From Vicugna vicugna (lineage: Eukaryota): a stretch of 64,000 bases of DNA. The translations under genes were made by a program, and so were the position numbers. The DNA lies in contig MU058217.1 of assembly GCA_013265495.1 (NCBI GenBank), positions 124,001 through 188,000 of the forward strand, read 5' to 3'. The notes beneath the pieces were generated by a model. The model saw nothing but the letters and a program-made list of their open reading frames with translations, was not told the origin of the DNA and made no database searches. Each line of letters opens with the position of its first letter. Positions within the stretch are counted from its first letter, which is position 1. Shown piece by piece: positions 38,965 to 51,730 of the stretch.

Positions 38965-39485
38965 GTCAGTGGTAGCACGTCAATAGAAATGACACTAACC
39001 CAGAGAGAGGGTGAGAAAAATATTGGCTCACATAACTGAAAAGTCCAAAGGTAAGCCTCAGACATGGTGAAATCCATGTGCTGTCACATTTTCAGTCATT
39101 TCTCTCTTTCCATCGTTAGGCTCAGCTCTCTGCTATGTGGACATCATTCCCAGTCTCATTAAGGCAATGGCATTCAGTAGCTTCAAGCTTATCTCTACCA
39201 TCTCAACCACTCTAATCGAGAAAGAAGGCTTACCTCATCCCCAGTCATCTGAGCAAAGTTCTAGAGAGCAAAGTCCTGGAGAGCTCTCATTGTTCCAGAT
39301 ACGGCCACATGGCCACCTCTGAAACAGTTTTTGAGACTTTGATGGACTCTTTCTGGAGCCAAAGGATAGGATCACCCGTCTTTAGCCACACAGACTGAGA
39401 AGATGATGGATGGTTTCCCTTCAAAGATAAAGAGGCTGTTAAAAGAAGAAGGCAAACGGATGCTGAGCAGACAAAAACAACAGCT
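38965..39485 (-). mobile_element. Old MLT1 LTR relic
   Basis: tattggctcacataactgaaaagtccaaaggta...ggatgctgagcagacaaaaacaacagctgtccact. Confidence 0.6.
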
Positions 39486-40427
39486 GTCCACTCTGCATCG
39501 CACAGCAATCTTTTTAAATGCCCTTTGACGCCACTGGGAAATCTCCTGCCAAACATTCTCCCCTGTCTTTGCGGCGTTCTCCATTCTTTGCCAGTAGTCT
39601 CCTATTCCAAGATCTTGGGCTCTTGCCCAAGAAATGAAACCCTCATCAACACCATCAACATCACCAGCTGTTCACTCCCAGTATCCTTTCCTTTCTCTTC
39701 CAGACTCACAGGCATCAGCTGGATGAAAGGATGGAATACCACCTGTACCCCCAAGTCCTTCCAAGTCCCTCTCAGAACTTAAAGACTTCCAGAGACGTAC
39801 TTCAGATTTCTTTTGGCTGCACCATTTATCTGCACATGCATCAGGAGGAGGCAATGGCTGGAGATCCTGAGCAAACATGCCATCACATCTTGTATCTGTG
39901 CTCCAGATCAAAGCCTGTATCTTGTTTCTCCAGGCATCCCACATCTGGTCTCAGAAGGGAGTCACCTCATTCTGGGAATGCACAGGTTTGTTTTTGTTTT
40001 ATATTCCCACCCAGCTGTGACTGCTTCTTTAATATGTACACATGGTACCCGGCACAGTGCTGAGGGCACAGTAGATGTTCAATGATGCATGTCCTATTTA
40101 CCCATCCAAGGGTCCTTAGAAAAAATTAAACTAAACAAACAACTAAACTGAAGATGGGATTAGGAAGGGAATGCCGGGAACTTTATCTGTGATGTATTTT
40201 TCAAGCTAGACGATGGGTATGTGAGTGCTCACTGGATTACTGGCCAGTCTTCTGAAATACTTCATAGATTTAGAAAATATGCAGGTTCCAGCTCAAATTG
40301 ACAGACAGGAAGCTAATCTAATCATGTCACTCCCCAGCTGGGCTCCCAACAGCCCACAGGATGACATCCAGTGTCTTTGCCTGGAACACAAGGTCCAAGA
40401 TGTGGCCCAGTCTTCCTTCTTCTCACC

Positions 40428-40809
40428 TGTGATGGACTGAATGTTTGTCCTCACCCCCTCCTATTCGTATGTTGAAGCTCTAACTCCCAATAAGACAGCA
40501 TTTGGAGGTAGGGGGAACTTTGGCAAGTGATTAGGGTTAGATGAGGTCACGAGGGTAGAGACCCTATGATGAAATTAGTGTCCCTGCGAGAAGAGGAGGA
40601 GTGCTCAGAGCTGCCTATTTTCATCACGTGAAGACACAACAAAAAGGTGGCCATCTGCAAGCTAGGAAGAGAGCTCTCACCAGGAACTGAATTTACAGGC
40701 CCCTTGATCTTAGAATTCCCAGCCTCCAGAACTGTGAGAAATAAGCATCTGCTGTTCGAGCCACACACTCTAAGGTACTTTATTACAGCAGCCCAACCTG
40801 ACCAAGACA
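40428..40809 (+). mobile_element. MLT1A-like solo LTR, full length
   Basis: TG...CA termini (tgtgatggactgaatg ... gaccaagaca); 5-bp flanks tcacc/ccacc. Confidence 0.88.
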
Positions 40810-41619
40810 CCACCCTCCCGTTCACAGCCGTCACTCCAGGCGTCTTGAACTGCCACGTCCTCTCGACTAGGTGCTCTGGAGCCTGTCTCCTCTCCTTTTT
40901 GCCACATGGCTAACTCCTAGGTCCTCCTCATGTTCGGTAGAGTAGGCTAACAAAGATCCCAGAATGCAGCAGCTTAGAGAATGTAAGTTTCTTTTCTCTG
41001 AGATGAGCAGTCCAGGTGAGTGGGAAGCTCTGTTCCTTGTGGTCCTTCAGAAACCCAGCTTCCTGTCAGTCACTGCTCTGCCAGTCCAGGCCCTCATGGT
41101 CATCTAACTGCATGATGGAAGCGAGGCACCCCCAACTATATGCAGATTCCATCTGCAGCGACAGGGAAGAGAGGATGGAGACAGCACGCTGGGATGCTCT
41201 GAAGTCCAGATCTAGAAGCGGTCCACATCATTTCTACTCATTTCATTGGTGATAACTTAGTCACATGATCACAACTAACTGCTGGGATGCTGGGAAATGC
41301 AGTCCTTAGTTAAGCAGCCATGACTAGTTACAGTCGTCTAAAAAGGGAAGACCAAATTTTAACAAACAATTGAAGTTCAGAAGACCTTGATTCCTCTGGA
41401 TAGCCTTTTCTACCCCCTGACCACTCTGTCTAGGTTAGACATCCCTCTTGCAAACACCTAGTACGCTACACAGCAGCTACGTCAGTAGTTCCTTATCTCT
41501 CAGCTTCCCCATCCCCCAGCCCCCAACTCGACCGTGAGCATGTTCAAGTGTGGCGCTGTTCCTTCAATGCCTGGCACTGGCTAAATACTGAGTAGATTTT
41601 CAGTAAAAGTATGGAGGAT

Positions 41620-41757
41620 TGGCTACTTCATTTGCAAGGCCCAGCACAAAATGAAAATGTGGAATCCCTTGTTCCAAAAGGATTCAGAACTTGAAGAAAA
41701 AAGCAGCAGGCCAAACATGGGGCCCTCCTGAATGCAGGTCCCTGTAGCCAGCCCTGA
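41620..41757 (-). mobile_element. MER45A-like hAT-Tip100 MITE
   Basis: ggctacttcatttgcaaggcccagcacaaaatgaaaatgtgg...ccagccctg. Confidence 0.7.
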
Positions 41758-42104
41758 AAGTACGAATAACTAAATGAATTGAATTGAATAGCCTGAATCA
41801 TCCCCATACGAAAAGTCCCATATGTGCTGTGCACTTGTAAGCAATGAGGAGATGGATCAAACCACTGTTGTGAGTATTTGGGAAGTAAATCTTTCTGTCC
41901 TACCATCTAGACTGAATAGAGGTCATCTCGATGGGGAGGGCATATTCCTCGTTATTTAGAAGGTAGGAACACACCAGCTGGCAGGTGGCCAGCCCCCTCA
42001 CAATCCAGATGCACAGCCTCTCCCCTTCTGCTTGTCTCCTTTCAGCAAGTCATCGCAGCAGCCATAGTCATCATGGTGATATTCCAAGACTCCTGTGGTT
42101 GGGG

Positions 42105-42340
42105 AGACCTTAGAAGTCATTGCCAAGCAGTTCTCCAGCATCTGCTCAAACACCTCCAGCGACAAGGAACTTCCTACCTCCCCAGGCAGCTCCTTCTGTT
42201 TTTGACAGCTCTGCGGATGGAGCTCTTCCTAAAGTGGAGCCAAAACCTCCCTCCTCGTGACTTTCACTCACTGGCTCAGAGCCACCCAGAGGAAGTGTAA
42301 TACCGCTCCCATGCCCTTCAGGTGTTTAAAGGGCCCTGAT
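42105..42340 (-). mobile_element. L3/CR1 relic
   Basis: ccagcatctgctcaaacacctccagcgacaaggaacttcctacctccccaggcagc...gacagctct. Confidence 0.65.
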
Positions 42341-42582
42341 GATCACCTGAAAGCAGAAGTCACCCACTAGGAGCATGGATAAGGAATATGGGCCACAGAT
42401 GGATTGCGTCTGGCCCAGGCAAGGTGAAATGTGGTTTTCTTGGTTGATTGCCAACACTGAAAAATCAGGAGAGTTCATAGGAAATGTAAAATTCAAGTCT
42501 CTAAAATTTGAAAGCTCTGGCAGTACTGAGCTCATGATCCCTCAATCCTACTTGCCACTAAAGATACTGAAAAATAGATATT

Positions 42583-42735
42583 AGTCTTATAACAACTCAC
42601 AGTTACAAAGAATATGAAAACGAATATATGTATGTTTCTACATGACTGAAGTATTGTGCTGTACACCAGAAATTGACACAACATTGTAAACTGACTATAC
42701 TTCAAAAAAATATGTATTAAAAAAACACAAAACAA
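42583..42735 (+). mobile_element. Short L1 3' end
   Basis: catgactgaagtattgtgctgtacaccagaaattgacacaacattgtaaactgactatacttc plus A tail. Confidence 0.85.
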
Positions 42736-42919
42736 AGTATATGACCCAGTGAACAAACCTATGAACATTTTAACATGTAGTTAGCAGTTGGATAATCTAT
42801 AAAACAGAAAAAAAAGAAAAGAAAAGATATTGGTTGGATAACTGCTACTCCACCACAGCCTGTTACATTGGCTACTTGATATCCATGAATAGACAACTTA
42901 TTTTCAGAATCCTTGTTTT

Positions 42920-43046
42920 GGAGCAGAGGGTATAACTCAGTGGTAGAGCACATGATTAGCATGCATGAGGTCATGGGTTCGATCCTCAGTTCCTCTGTTA
43001 AATGTAAAAAAATAAATAAACCTAATTACCCGCCTCCCTGCAAAAC
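42920..43046 (+). mobile_element. Vic-1-like SINE
   Basis: tRNA-like head; CAGAATCCTT at 42905-42914 and 43048-43057. Confidence 0.88.
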
Positions 43047-43539
43047 CCAGAATCCTTAAACTGATGAGTATGTTACTATGCCCAGCCTCCCTACCATAGG
43101 AGAAGCCATTAGCTGTAAACCCAAGTTTTTTAATTGGTTTCAGGTAAAGTTATTTAAAGAGGGATAACTCCCGTTTTCCTTTGTTTCTTCCTGCTCAGAA
43201 TGCAGAAGAGTTGGCTGGTGTTCCAGCAACCACCTTGTGACCATGAGGTAACCTTGAGGATGGAAGCCACACACAGGAATGTTGAAACAAACAGACAGCA
43301 GGATCCGGGTTCAATAATGATTCTGGAACTGCCATATCAGCTGTACCTACCTCCGAACTTCTTTGACCTAAAATGAGTAAGTTAAAAAAGCAAACATATA
43401 CTGCTAAAGCCACTCTTATTTTTAAGTAGTTGTTATTAGCAACTAAAGGCAGTTCCTACCTGGTATATGATTTGTCATTGCTATTTTTGTAGTTAGGTCT
43501 TTATTGTGAAAAACTCAATATATACTAATGTAGACAGAC

Positions 43540-44756
43540 TAATATCCACATGTAAAAGAATAAATTGGGACCCCCTACCTCACACAATATCAAAATCGAT
43601 CATACACCTAAACTTAAGGCTAAAACTCTGAAACTCTTAGGAGAAAACATAAAAGTAAATCAAAGCTTCATGCAGCTGGTTCAGGCAATGATGTCTTAGA
43701 TATTACACAAAAAGCATAAGTAATAGAAGAAACTGGACTTCATCAAAGTTTAAAACTTTTATGCTTCAAACAGCACCCTCAAGAAAGTGAAAAGACAACC
43801 TACAGAATGCTGGGAAATATCTGCAAATCCTTTTCTTGATAAGGTACTTGCACCTAGAATATATAAAGTATTATAACAACTTGATTAAAAATATTTTTAA
43901 AAACACAATTTAAAAATGTACAAAGGATTTGAATAGACATTTCCCCAAAGAAGATAAACAAGTGGCCAATAAGCACATGAAAAGATGCTCAACATCATTA
44001 GCCATCAGAGAAATGCAAATCAAAACCACAATGAGATACCACTTCACACCCACTAGGATGGCTAGAATCAGAAATAACAAGTGTTGGCAAGGATGTGGAG
44101 AAATTGGAACCCTTATGCATTGCTGGTGGGAATGTAAAATGGTGCAGCTGCTGTGGAAAACAGTTTGGCAGTTCCTCAGAAAGTTAAACATAGAATTACC
44201 ATATGATCAGGCAATTTCACTCCTAGATATATGTTCAAAAGAATTGAAAGCAGGGACTTAGATATTTTTATACCAATATTCATAGCAGCATTATTCACAA
44301 CAGCCAAATGGTGAAAATAACTCAATTGCCTATCAACAGATGAATGGATAAACAAAAGGTGATATATACGTAAAATGGAATATTAGTCAACAAGAAAAAA
44401 GAATGAAACACTGATACATGCTACAAACGGATGAATCTAGAAAACATCAGGTAAAAGAAGCCAATCACAAAAGACCACGTACTGTATGATTCCGTTTATA
44501 TGAAATGTCCAGAACATGCAAATCTATGGAGACAGAAAGTGGAGATTACTGGTTGCCAGAGGCTGGGAAGAGGAGGAAAGGGGAGTGACTGTTAATGGTA
44601 CAGGATTTCTTTGAAGGTTGATAAAAAATGTTCTAAAAGTAGATGTAGTGATAATTACTCAACTCAGTAAATACACTAAAAATCACTGGATTGTACACTT
44701 TAAATGGGTGAAACTTATGCTATGTAAATTACATCTCAAGAAATCTGTTTTTTAAA
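43540..44756 (+). mobile_element. L1MB-type ORF2 C-terminus and 3' UTR
   Basis: ORF 43929..44261 [30 protein letters not shown]...[27 protein letters not shown] is the L1 ORF2 cysteine-rich C-terminal domain. Confidence 0.92.
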
Positions 44757-45488
44757 ATAGACTAGTAAAAAGAACGCTCCTTTACCTACTCCAGGTTTAA
44801 GTTATTGAGGCCAATTTCTTTTCATCTCTACCCCAACATACTCTTCCCCCTCCCATGTCATTTTGAAGCAGGTCCCCAAACACCTTCTAATACAGAATTT
44901 AAAACCAGAAAAGCCCTACAGTATGGCTAGCTAGCCGCATTGTCATTGTTCCTGGCTGTGTGACATCTGAGCTTAGTTTTCCAGCCTTCTTAGGCCTGTT
45001 GCAAATGGCCTAATACCCTATAGTAAACCCCTTTCTGCTTAAACTTTCCTGCAACTAAGCACCTCAATCATTGTCTCCAATTGACATTGTATCTAATTGA
45101 CAACTGACATTGACCTTGAGTGCACACTGTGGTATCTAAAAAACAGTGTTGGAGAATCTTCCATCCTTAATCAAAACGTCCTGGAAGTCCAGAGCCTGCT
45201 GGAAACCATGTGTAAAAGTAAGTCTGTTTGTAGATGAGGATGGACTGGAGGAAGGGGGCATTCCTTCCCAGGGGTAATCCCAGTGATAAAGAGCTGATGC
45301 CTATTGATAAGGTTGTACATGGTCCTCTGCTCTCTTGGATTGATTCTGATCGCCTAAAGAGGAACCTGCCTCCTTCCTGGGAAGGTCATGGATGAAAACA
45401 TCATTCCTCTGCCCTCAGGAGCTGGCTGATTCACCGTCTTCCCTTGTCATATCCTCCACGACTTGAACTCACCTCTGGCTCCACCCCG

Positions 45489-46130
45489 TGTAACAGCGAA
45501 GAAGGACTGACTCCATATTGGTTTGCTTCTTTTACTTTAACCTTTGTATTCTGTTGCTTGTTTTTTTTTTTTAAGTTTTTTTTTTAATTCTGGGGGGAGC
45601 GGCAATTACATTTATTTTTATTTATTTATATTTCTAATGGAGGTACTGGGGATTGAACCCAGGACCTTGTGCATGCCAACCACACGCTCTACCTGTGAGC
45701 TATACCCAGCCCACCTCTATTGCTTGTTAATCACTAAAGGTATGTTGCCTATAAGCTTAAATTACACATAATGGCTCATCTCTGGGAACCCTGCCTCCCA
45801 GGTAGCGAGCATTAAGCTAAAATACCTTTGCATAGCTCACAGGAAACATCCTGACCAGGCCCACCTGTGAATGACTGTAGGCAGGAAGGAATTAACACAT
45901 CCCCTCCGGGAGGCTGACTGGAACCAGAAATGTTCGACTTCACTCCCACCGCTTTTAGTATAAAAGAAGCATGAATTCTAGCTCAGGAAAGGTGGTTCTT
46001 TGGGACACTAGTTCACTATCTTCTCAGTCTGCTGGCTTTCCAAATAGTCACTATTCCTTGCCCCCACAGCTTGTCCCTCGATTTACTGGCTTGTCATGCA
46101 GCAAACAGTATGAGCTTGGATGTGGTAACA
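45489..46130 (+). mobile_element. ERV1-class solo LTR with nested SINE
   Basis: tgtaac...gtaaca termini, near-identical 4-bp flanks cccg/cctg, TATA (gtataaaag ~45959), degenerate poly(A) region. Confidence 0.8.
45561..45712 (-). mobile_element. Vic-1-like SINE inside the LTR
   Basis: ggaggtactggggattgaacccaggacc...gagctataccc; flanks tctgttgcttgtt / tctattgcttgtt. Confidence 0.9.
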
Positions 46131-47279
46131 CCTGCACCGTGAGTAAGAAAAGTGGGCTCTGGTTAACATCTCTACCCAACCACTTTTAATATAAATAGGA
46201 TCTTGTATTTAAGAAGTCGTGGGCTTGGGCACCAAGGGGCTTTTATGCAATTCCCAGCTCAGACTCTTGTTAACTACATGACCTTCAGCAACATACTGGA
46301 TCTTTCTAGATCTCTGTTGCTTCATCTGTGAAATGAGAATAATAACCCATCACTTATGTGAGTTGAAAGGAAGGCATGAAGACAGATTTATAAGGCACCT
46401 CGCTCCACGTCTGACATTGAATAGCCACTCAGCCACTCTGGTTCCCATCCTGCAGGCCACACTTTATTAATAAATATGAAATTGTGTTAGATCTTGAATT
46501 GGCATCTTTTCAACCATAAAAGATTCAGCTCTTTTTGTAGTTTTGATTTTAAGAAGTGGACTCATTTTCCTTTCTGCATGTATTACTCTTACATAATAGC
46601 AATAACAATAATGAACATTTATTGAGTGCTTGCTCTGCAGCACTGTGCTAAGGGTTTTTAAGTATCTTGTTTCATCTTCTCAGCCTCACTATGAGTTAAG
46701 TATTATCTCAGGAGAAAATTCAGGCTGAGGTCAATTTACTCCCCAAAGGTCCCACAACATGCAAACAGCTGGGCTGGGCTGGGCTGCTCAGCCCACCAGC
46801 CTGGTTCCAGAGGCTTCTCCATGCTGCTTCCCTGTCTGCTCTGAGTTCTGCCTCTAGCCTGCGCAGTTCCTCTCCTTCCTAAAGGGCATCACTGCTCCCA
46901 CCTTCAGGCCCTGGACCACCAAGGTCTGGGGTCATCTTTATCAGGGAGATAGTATGTAAGAGGCTTCCTGGCTGAGACGGCCATCACCGAGTTTTAGACA
47001 TTTGCTGCTGCCCTGGGTCATCTCTGCTGCCAGGGCTGCCTGGGGTCAGGAGCATCCTTTCCAACTTGACCCAACACCTTGCTTGGAATGCTACTCCTGC
47101 AGATGCCTGATTTTGTGTCACCTTCCTGGTCCTGGCCCGTGGCTTTGCTCTAATGACAAGGTCCCAGGCTGCTTGCCTGGTTGTTGGCCACCCACCCTAC
47201 CTAGACCACCTACCCTACCTAGACCACCCATGGCCTGACTTTTGGGACCTGTGTGTCTCCTGATTTCAGCCTGACCACT

Positions 47280-47790
47280 GCACTAGGCAGCTTCTAAAAT
47301 GGCTCCCAGAGATTCTGCATCCTGGAACCCACCCAGGGCCTCCTAAGGAAAAGAGCACTGCAAACATGACGGTAGTCAGCCTGGGACTAGGTTACAGAAG
47401 ACTGACTTCTGCTTTGCTCACACCCTCTCTCCCCCCACGCTATACCCTCACCCCAACCCCAGCTCCCCACAGAAGGGCCCTTACGGCAGGGAACTGTAGG
47501 GGGCTTCCAAACGGTAGCCATCGAGGAACTGAGGACCTTAGTCCAACAGTCTATGAAGAACTGAATCCTGCCGACGACCAGTGAATGAGTTTGGCAGTGC
47601 ATCCTTCCCCAGATGAACGTGAGATGACTTTGGCTTTGGCCAACATCTCGGCTGAAGCCTGTGGGACTACCCTGAGCTGGGGGACCCAGCTCAGCCTCAT
47701 CGGGATTCTTGACCCACAGAAACTGAAGGATAATGTGTGTCTTGAGTTGCTCCGCTTCAGAGTAGCTGTTATGGAGTAACAGATAACCCA
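47280..47790 (+). mobile_element. MLT1E/F-like LTR
   Basis: ggcagcttctaaaatggctccc...gaagaactgaatcctgccgacgacc...cttgacccacagaaactg...gtgtgtcttgagttgct. Confidence 0.7.
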
Positions 47791-47979
47791 TGGAACCACC
47801 GACTACAGTCTCCCCGAGGTGTGCCTGTCTGTGCCTGTCTGTGCCTTAACCTCCCAGCCCTGATGAAAGGGCTCCACCTAACACTGAAGAGACTGAATGC
47901 CTTTACACAAGATACGCCGGAGCACAGCTGGACGATCGTGTTGCCAGTCAGCAGAAGGTGGGCTTATTCTTTTAGGAAG

Positions 47980-48172
47980 TACATTCTCAACCAGGGGGCG
48001 ATTTTGCCAACGAGGGACAAAAACTGGTTCTCGGGAGATGGAAGAATCTTACCCTTTTTATGCATAAAGCACAGATACACACGTAACACAAAGACAGACA
48101 ATATACTTCTGGTATTAAAATTTCACGACGGGGGAGAGGTGATCATGGTAAAACGGTTGAGAAAACACTGCT
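47980..48172. mobile_element. hAT-Charlie MITE (Charlie4-like)
   Basis: TIR-like ends ttctcaacc ... ggttgagaaaacactg. Confidence 0.55.
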
Positions 48173-49189
48173 TCAGGATGAAAAATCTAGCTGCCCTGTG
48201 CAGGCTGGGGTGCTATCAAGAAGAGCAAGATAGCAGAAGCATCAGAAGCAGGACAGGAGATTAGGAAGCCCATGTGTGCCTGCCCTTCCTGGGGGCTATC
48301 CTGGCATCCTGTACCCCCACCTCGTGGAATTTAGCCCACTGTTTAATTTCCTTTTCACTTGTCAGTATATCTGTAGGGAGCACGGACTGAGCCAGCCCAG
48401 GCCTGGCACACAATAGGGGGTCAAAGGAAGACCGCTGTCTGCAGCTGGTGGTGCCGAGGGCTGTTTCCCCCAGGCTCCAGGAGACTGCATCAGCACCCGC
48501 GGCCCCGCCCCAGCTCTGTGCTCTGCTCTGCCTTGGGATGCTGGGACTTGCTTTCATCTCCAGATCAGTCTGGGAAGGAGTTCTCCTTCTCTCTGTTCTG
48601 CTCCCTGGCCTGGGAAGATGAACGTTAGTGATACAAGATCTTCTCCCTCAGGGGAGACACACATGCTGCACCCAGAACCTCAGGCCCAGTGGCTGAGCCC
48701 TGCTCCTCCTGCCAGGCTCAAATCCTCTCCCCAGGGCCCCATGCGCTGTGCTGGGGTCTTCCTTCCTGTGGCTTCCCCACCCAGTTCACAAGACACTCTT
48801 GGGCACAGAAGAGACTGCGGGTCCCGCACCTTGCTCTCCCCGTCTCTGGAGATAATCTCTCCACCCCCAGGTAAAGTGACAGGTGCAAATCTATCCCAGG
48901 ATGAGCTGGGGTCACTTACCTCACAGCTCCCCCATGGTGAATCTGATCATGAAGCCCCCACTCCCAGACGACCACCACAATTTGAACATGTAAATTCTGA
49001 ACAATTTAAAAGATCTCACTGCTTAATGGTAATGCTTCATGGACATGTTCACCTCTAAGATAGATAAACAGGCAGACAACCCAACAACCACGTGACAACT
49101 CAAGCCCACTTGAACTTGAGGTGAGAACGAGGATAAGCATGTCATTAAGACGTGAGCTGGGCATCCACCTTTGTCCACCTGTGAAGACT

Positions 49190-49420
49190 CAATATGCTCG
49201 GACTCAGATCAAATGTCTTGGCCCCAGCACTCATGGGCTGTGTGGGAAACCTTGGGAAAGTTTATTAACTTCTCTGAGCCTCAGTTTCCACATCTATAAA
49301 ATAAAGATAACAGTCATAACTCTTCATAGGGTTGTTGAGAGGATGGAATAAAGTGATGCATGTAAAACATTTTGAATGATGTCTAGCATATACTAAGCTC
49401 TCCATAAACATTACTTCCAT
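49190..49420 (+). mobile_element. MIR SINE
   Basis: ccttgggaaagtttattaacttctctgagcctcagtttccacatctataaaat...cttcatagggttgttgagagg. Confidence 0.85.
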
Positions 49421-49499
49421 TGACTAGTGGGTCCCAGAACGGTAAACGCTCTCACAAGTTACAGAGGCAGGCGCAGAGTGTCTTTCCTACCCCAAAGTT

Positions 49500-49945
49500 A
49501 TTCTTCTCTCCTTTCTTCCTTGCTGGTAGAAGCGGCTTCCCATGTTAGCTTTTGGAAATGCTGAACATTCATTTCCCCAGATTGCCTCCCAGAAGAGACA
49601 GCCACAGGCCAGTTCTGGTCAATGAAGTGTAAAGGGAAATCTGCAAGAGGTATCTAAGAAATGTTTCTTCCTTGATAAGAGTGTGTGAAAAGATTCCTTT
49701 CCTTTCATGCTTTGGGTGCTCTGGTATAAAGATGTGATGCTTGAAGCTGAAGCAGCCATCTTGCCACCATGAGGGGAAACTCACATGGATTGCAGAGATC
49801 TGGACTCAGTGTCGGACACCATTGATCCTACCCTTGAACCACTTACCTCCTGCCTTCTCTTTAACTAGGACAATTCAAAATCATTCATTTTAAAGCTGAT
49901 TATGAGTCTCACTTTCTGTTATTTACAGCCAAAAGCACCTTACAT
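49500..49945 (+). mobile_element. Old MLT1 (J/K-like) LTR
   Basis: cagttctggtcaatgaagtgtaaagggaaatctgc...gcagccatcttgccaccatgaggg...gttatttacagccaaaagca. Confidence 0.65.
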
Positions 49946-51239
49946 GTCTTAAAAGGAGCTTAAGTAATATTATAAGCTAAGGAAAGCTTACAGGGTAACT
50001 TAACCCTGTGACAGAAGTACTGTTCCTATTTCATAGATGAAGAAGCTAAAAGCAATGTGGCAGGAGTTTTGAAGATCAGTTGCCTAACTTAATCCTCATA
50101 AAAACTCTGTGAGGCAAGTCTTATCTGTACGTACAGATTTCTTCACAAGTTCAGGTTAAATAATGCCAAATTTACACAATTAATAAATGGAAGAGTCAGA
50201 ACTTAAACCCAAGTCTCTCAAATGTAAATACGATGTTCTTCCCAATGTTCTTTGGTGCTATTGGTCTGCACTAAAATCTTTTGGACGTAGTATTACACTG
50301 TCAATGCTGAATAAGTAAAAACTTGGTCATCCTAACTCAGGTCATGCCAACCTGAACATAATTATGTTCATTGCTTAGAAAGTACATTTGCTAACTAAAT
50401 ATTAGCCATAATAAAAAAGAACGGTGGTGACAGCTGGATGAAATTCACAGTCCTAAGACCCATGTGCCAATGAATATTTCTGTCTTTAGGCCCTTGGAGA
50501 ATTTATATTCCTGATCCGCACTTCAATTGCTAATTGCCAAGCGTCTGTTCTTTTTAAATCTTTATTATTTTTTATTCTCTCCCAGATGTTGAGTTGAGCA
50601 GCAGTGATTTCAGAATTTCAGTGAGACGTCCAGCTGCCGAGTTTGGGAAGTGTCCATGTTTTGTTTCTTTTCAATCCTTCAACTTGAATTTATGATGAGG
50701 TTTTGATGAATAGTACCCTTCTCTCAGCCCTGCCCTCTTTGCATGTGTCTGAGTCTGCGATATCGTTGGTCTAATCATGCGGATGTGTCTCTTGTTGGAA
50801 AATTTATGTGATGACTGTTGCCAAGAACCAGGAGCCAGAACTAGGGATTTGTGGTCTAAACATCCTTGACTCCACTCTCAGCAGTATATCCAAAGTGAAG
50901 TTGGTGAGACCAGGTAGCTCATTAATTTAGAGCTCCAACAAGTTGAGAGTCTGAGAAAGTCAGCCCTGCAGGGAATTGCAGATTTATGATGGGAACCAAA
51001 GATTTGGAAGGTCAGTCAAGATCAGGAAAAAAGGAAGGGGCTGGATACAGGAATGGAGGGAAAGAAAAGGTGGGTGCATGGTTGGGTGTACTTACTATAT
51101 TTACATAGATAGGACTTTACAGCTTGGCTCTTTGTCACCCAGAGACTGCTGGCACTGTCTAATAAACCTAGCTAAGTTCACTCACTTCTTGGCTTTCCAA
51201 TTTGATTTTGAATTCCTTGAAGTCAAGAGCTTTTCTAGT

Positions 51240-51715
51240 GATCTTTTGCTGTGTAACAAATCACTCCAATATTCAATGGATTAAAATAAAACTAGTCATT
51301 TCTCCGAGTCAGGAATTCAGGAAGTTCTTACCTGGATGGTTCTGGCCTCGGTCTCATGCAATTGCAATCAGACAGTGGCTGGAGAGCTGGGGGCTGGCTG
51401 GGCATCTTTCTTCAAGTGGTCTCAGAGCCTCCCATCTATGGGACTTTGGCCTTCCTAGAAGTATGGTGGCCTCAGGGGAGCTGCACTGCTTATAGCTGAA
51501 AACTTCAGAAGTGAGTTTTCCATACAGGTGGCAGCTGTGTCATTTGTTACGACTTTTCTGCCGTCCTCTATTGGTCAAAACAGGTATAAAAGCCCACCTA
51601 ATTTCAAGAGAAGAATTTCAGACCCACTTTTTGATGGAGGGAGTGTCAAGGTTACACTGCAACAAGAGTTGATGGGATGGGAGACATTTTTTGATGGCCA
51701 TAGTGGAACAATGCC
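51240..51715 (-). mobile_element. MLT1H-like LTR
   Basis: ttgctgtgtaacaaatcactccaa...gtcaggaattcaggaag...ttgatggagggagtgtcaagg. Confidence 0.65.
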
Positions 51716-51730
51716 TTCATAATGCCAATC

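Noticed and set aside
43910..44261. Open ORFs on both strands resembling database 'hypothetical proteins'
   Set aside because: L1 ORF2 C-terminal remnant and its antisense; not a host gene.
47188..47230. 18-bp tandem duplication (ccacc.accctacctaga x2)
   Set aside because: Ordinary slippage duplication with no sign of function.
47988..48002. CTCF-like caaccagggggcgat
   Set aside because: Lies at the terminus of a hAT MITE and lacks the second C of the core; weaker than the two reported sites.
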